Both the position numbers and the translations under genes were made by a program. From contig CAWFSF010000006.1 in NCBI GenBank assembly GCA_963818475.1, positions 2,176,001 through 2,240,000 of the forward strand: 64,000 bases of DNA, in the 5' to 3' direction. This stretch comes from Nitrospirota bacterium. Lineage in GTDB: Bacteria > Nitrospirota > UBA9217. Positions 63,883 to 64,000 of this stretch are shown in pieces (position 1 is the stretch's first letter; every line of letters begins with the position of its first letter). The notes under the pieces were generated by a model, which was not told the origin of the DNA, made no database searches, and was given only the letters and a program-made list of their open reading frames with translations.

Positions 63883-64000
63883 CTATTTTCCGAGTTTCTG
63901 GAGCCGGCTCTTTGCGATATCAGCCTCTTTGGTGCCGGGATGCTCCGCAATGACCTTGTTCAGTGCTTCCCTGGCCTTTGCCTTGTTCTTTTCGTTCAGA
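63883..64000 (-). CDS. C-terminus of a TPR (CpoB/YbgF-like) protein
   Basis: KAREALNKVIAEHPGTKEADIAKSRLQKLGK*. Confidence 0.6.
   Translation of the reverse strand, partial: LNEKNKAKAREALNKVIAEHPGTKEADIAKSRLQKLGK

Overview
Chromosomal window from a GC-rich bacterium. Gene content suggests Nitrospirota or Desulfobacterota (inference). Many conserved genes carry single-base frameshifts, most likely long-read assembly errors. From left to right: the cmk-(HEAT protein)-aroA-tyrA-hisC-pheA operon, ttcA, a desulforedoxin-like/histone-H1-like fusion, and class II ribonucleotide reductase nrdJ with tandem NrdR boxes. An AT-richer defence island (about 11-21.5 kb) holds a deleted type III R-M locus, a 1551-aa alpha/beta-hydrolase-TPR-PIN protein with a coupled partner, and an XRE-ImmA/PIN pair. 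Then come UPF0182, hydrolases, signalling genes and a UxxC selenoprotein DsbA. A second defence island (34.55-45.1 kb) is bracketed by an 18-bp inverted repeat and contains type I R-M remnants, HigB/HigA-ImmA, beta-protein/sce7726 and a SIR2 protein. It also holds the most novel element: a promoter-driven tRNA-like ncRNA with a GAAA tetraloop in place of the anticodon loop, directly upstream of an RxxxxH (HEPN-like) gene. The right end has scpA-HEAT-scpB-flhG/minD and a sigma54-type copper cluster (cusCBA, copA, Met-rich proteins, YHS-TrxR lacking CxxC). Intergenic spaces are rich in palindromic repeats and MITEs. No CRISPR array or rRNA was seen.
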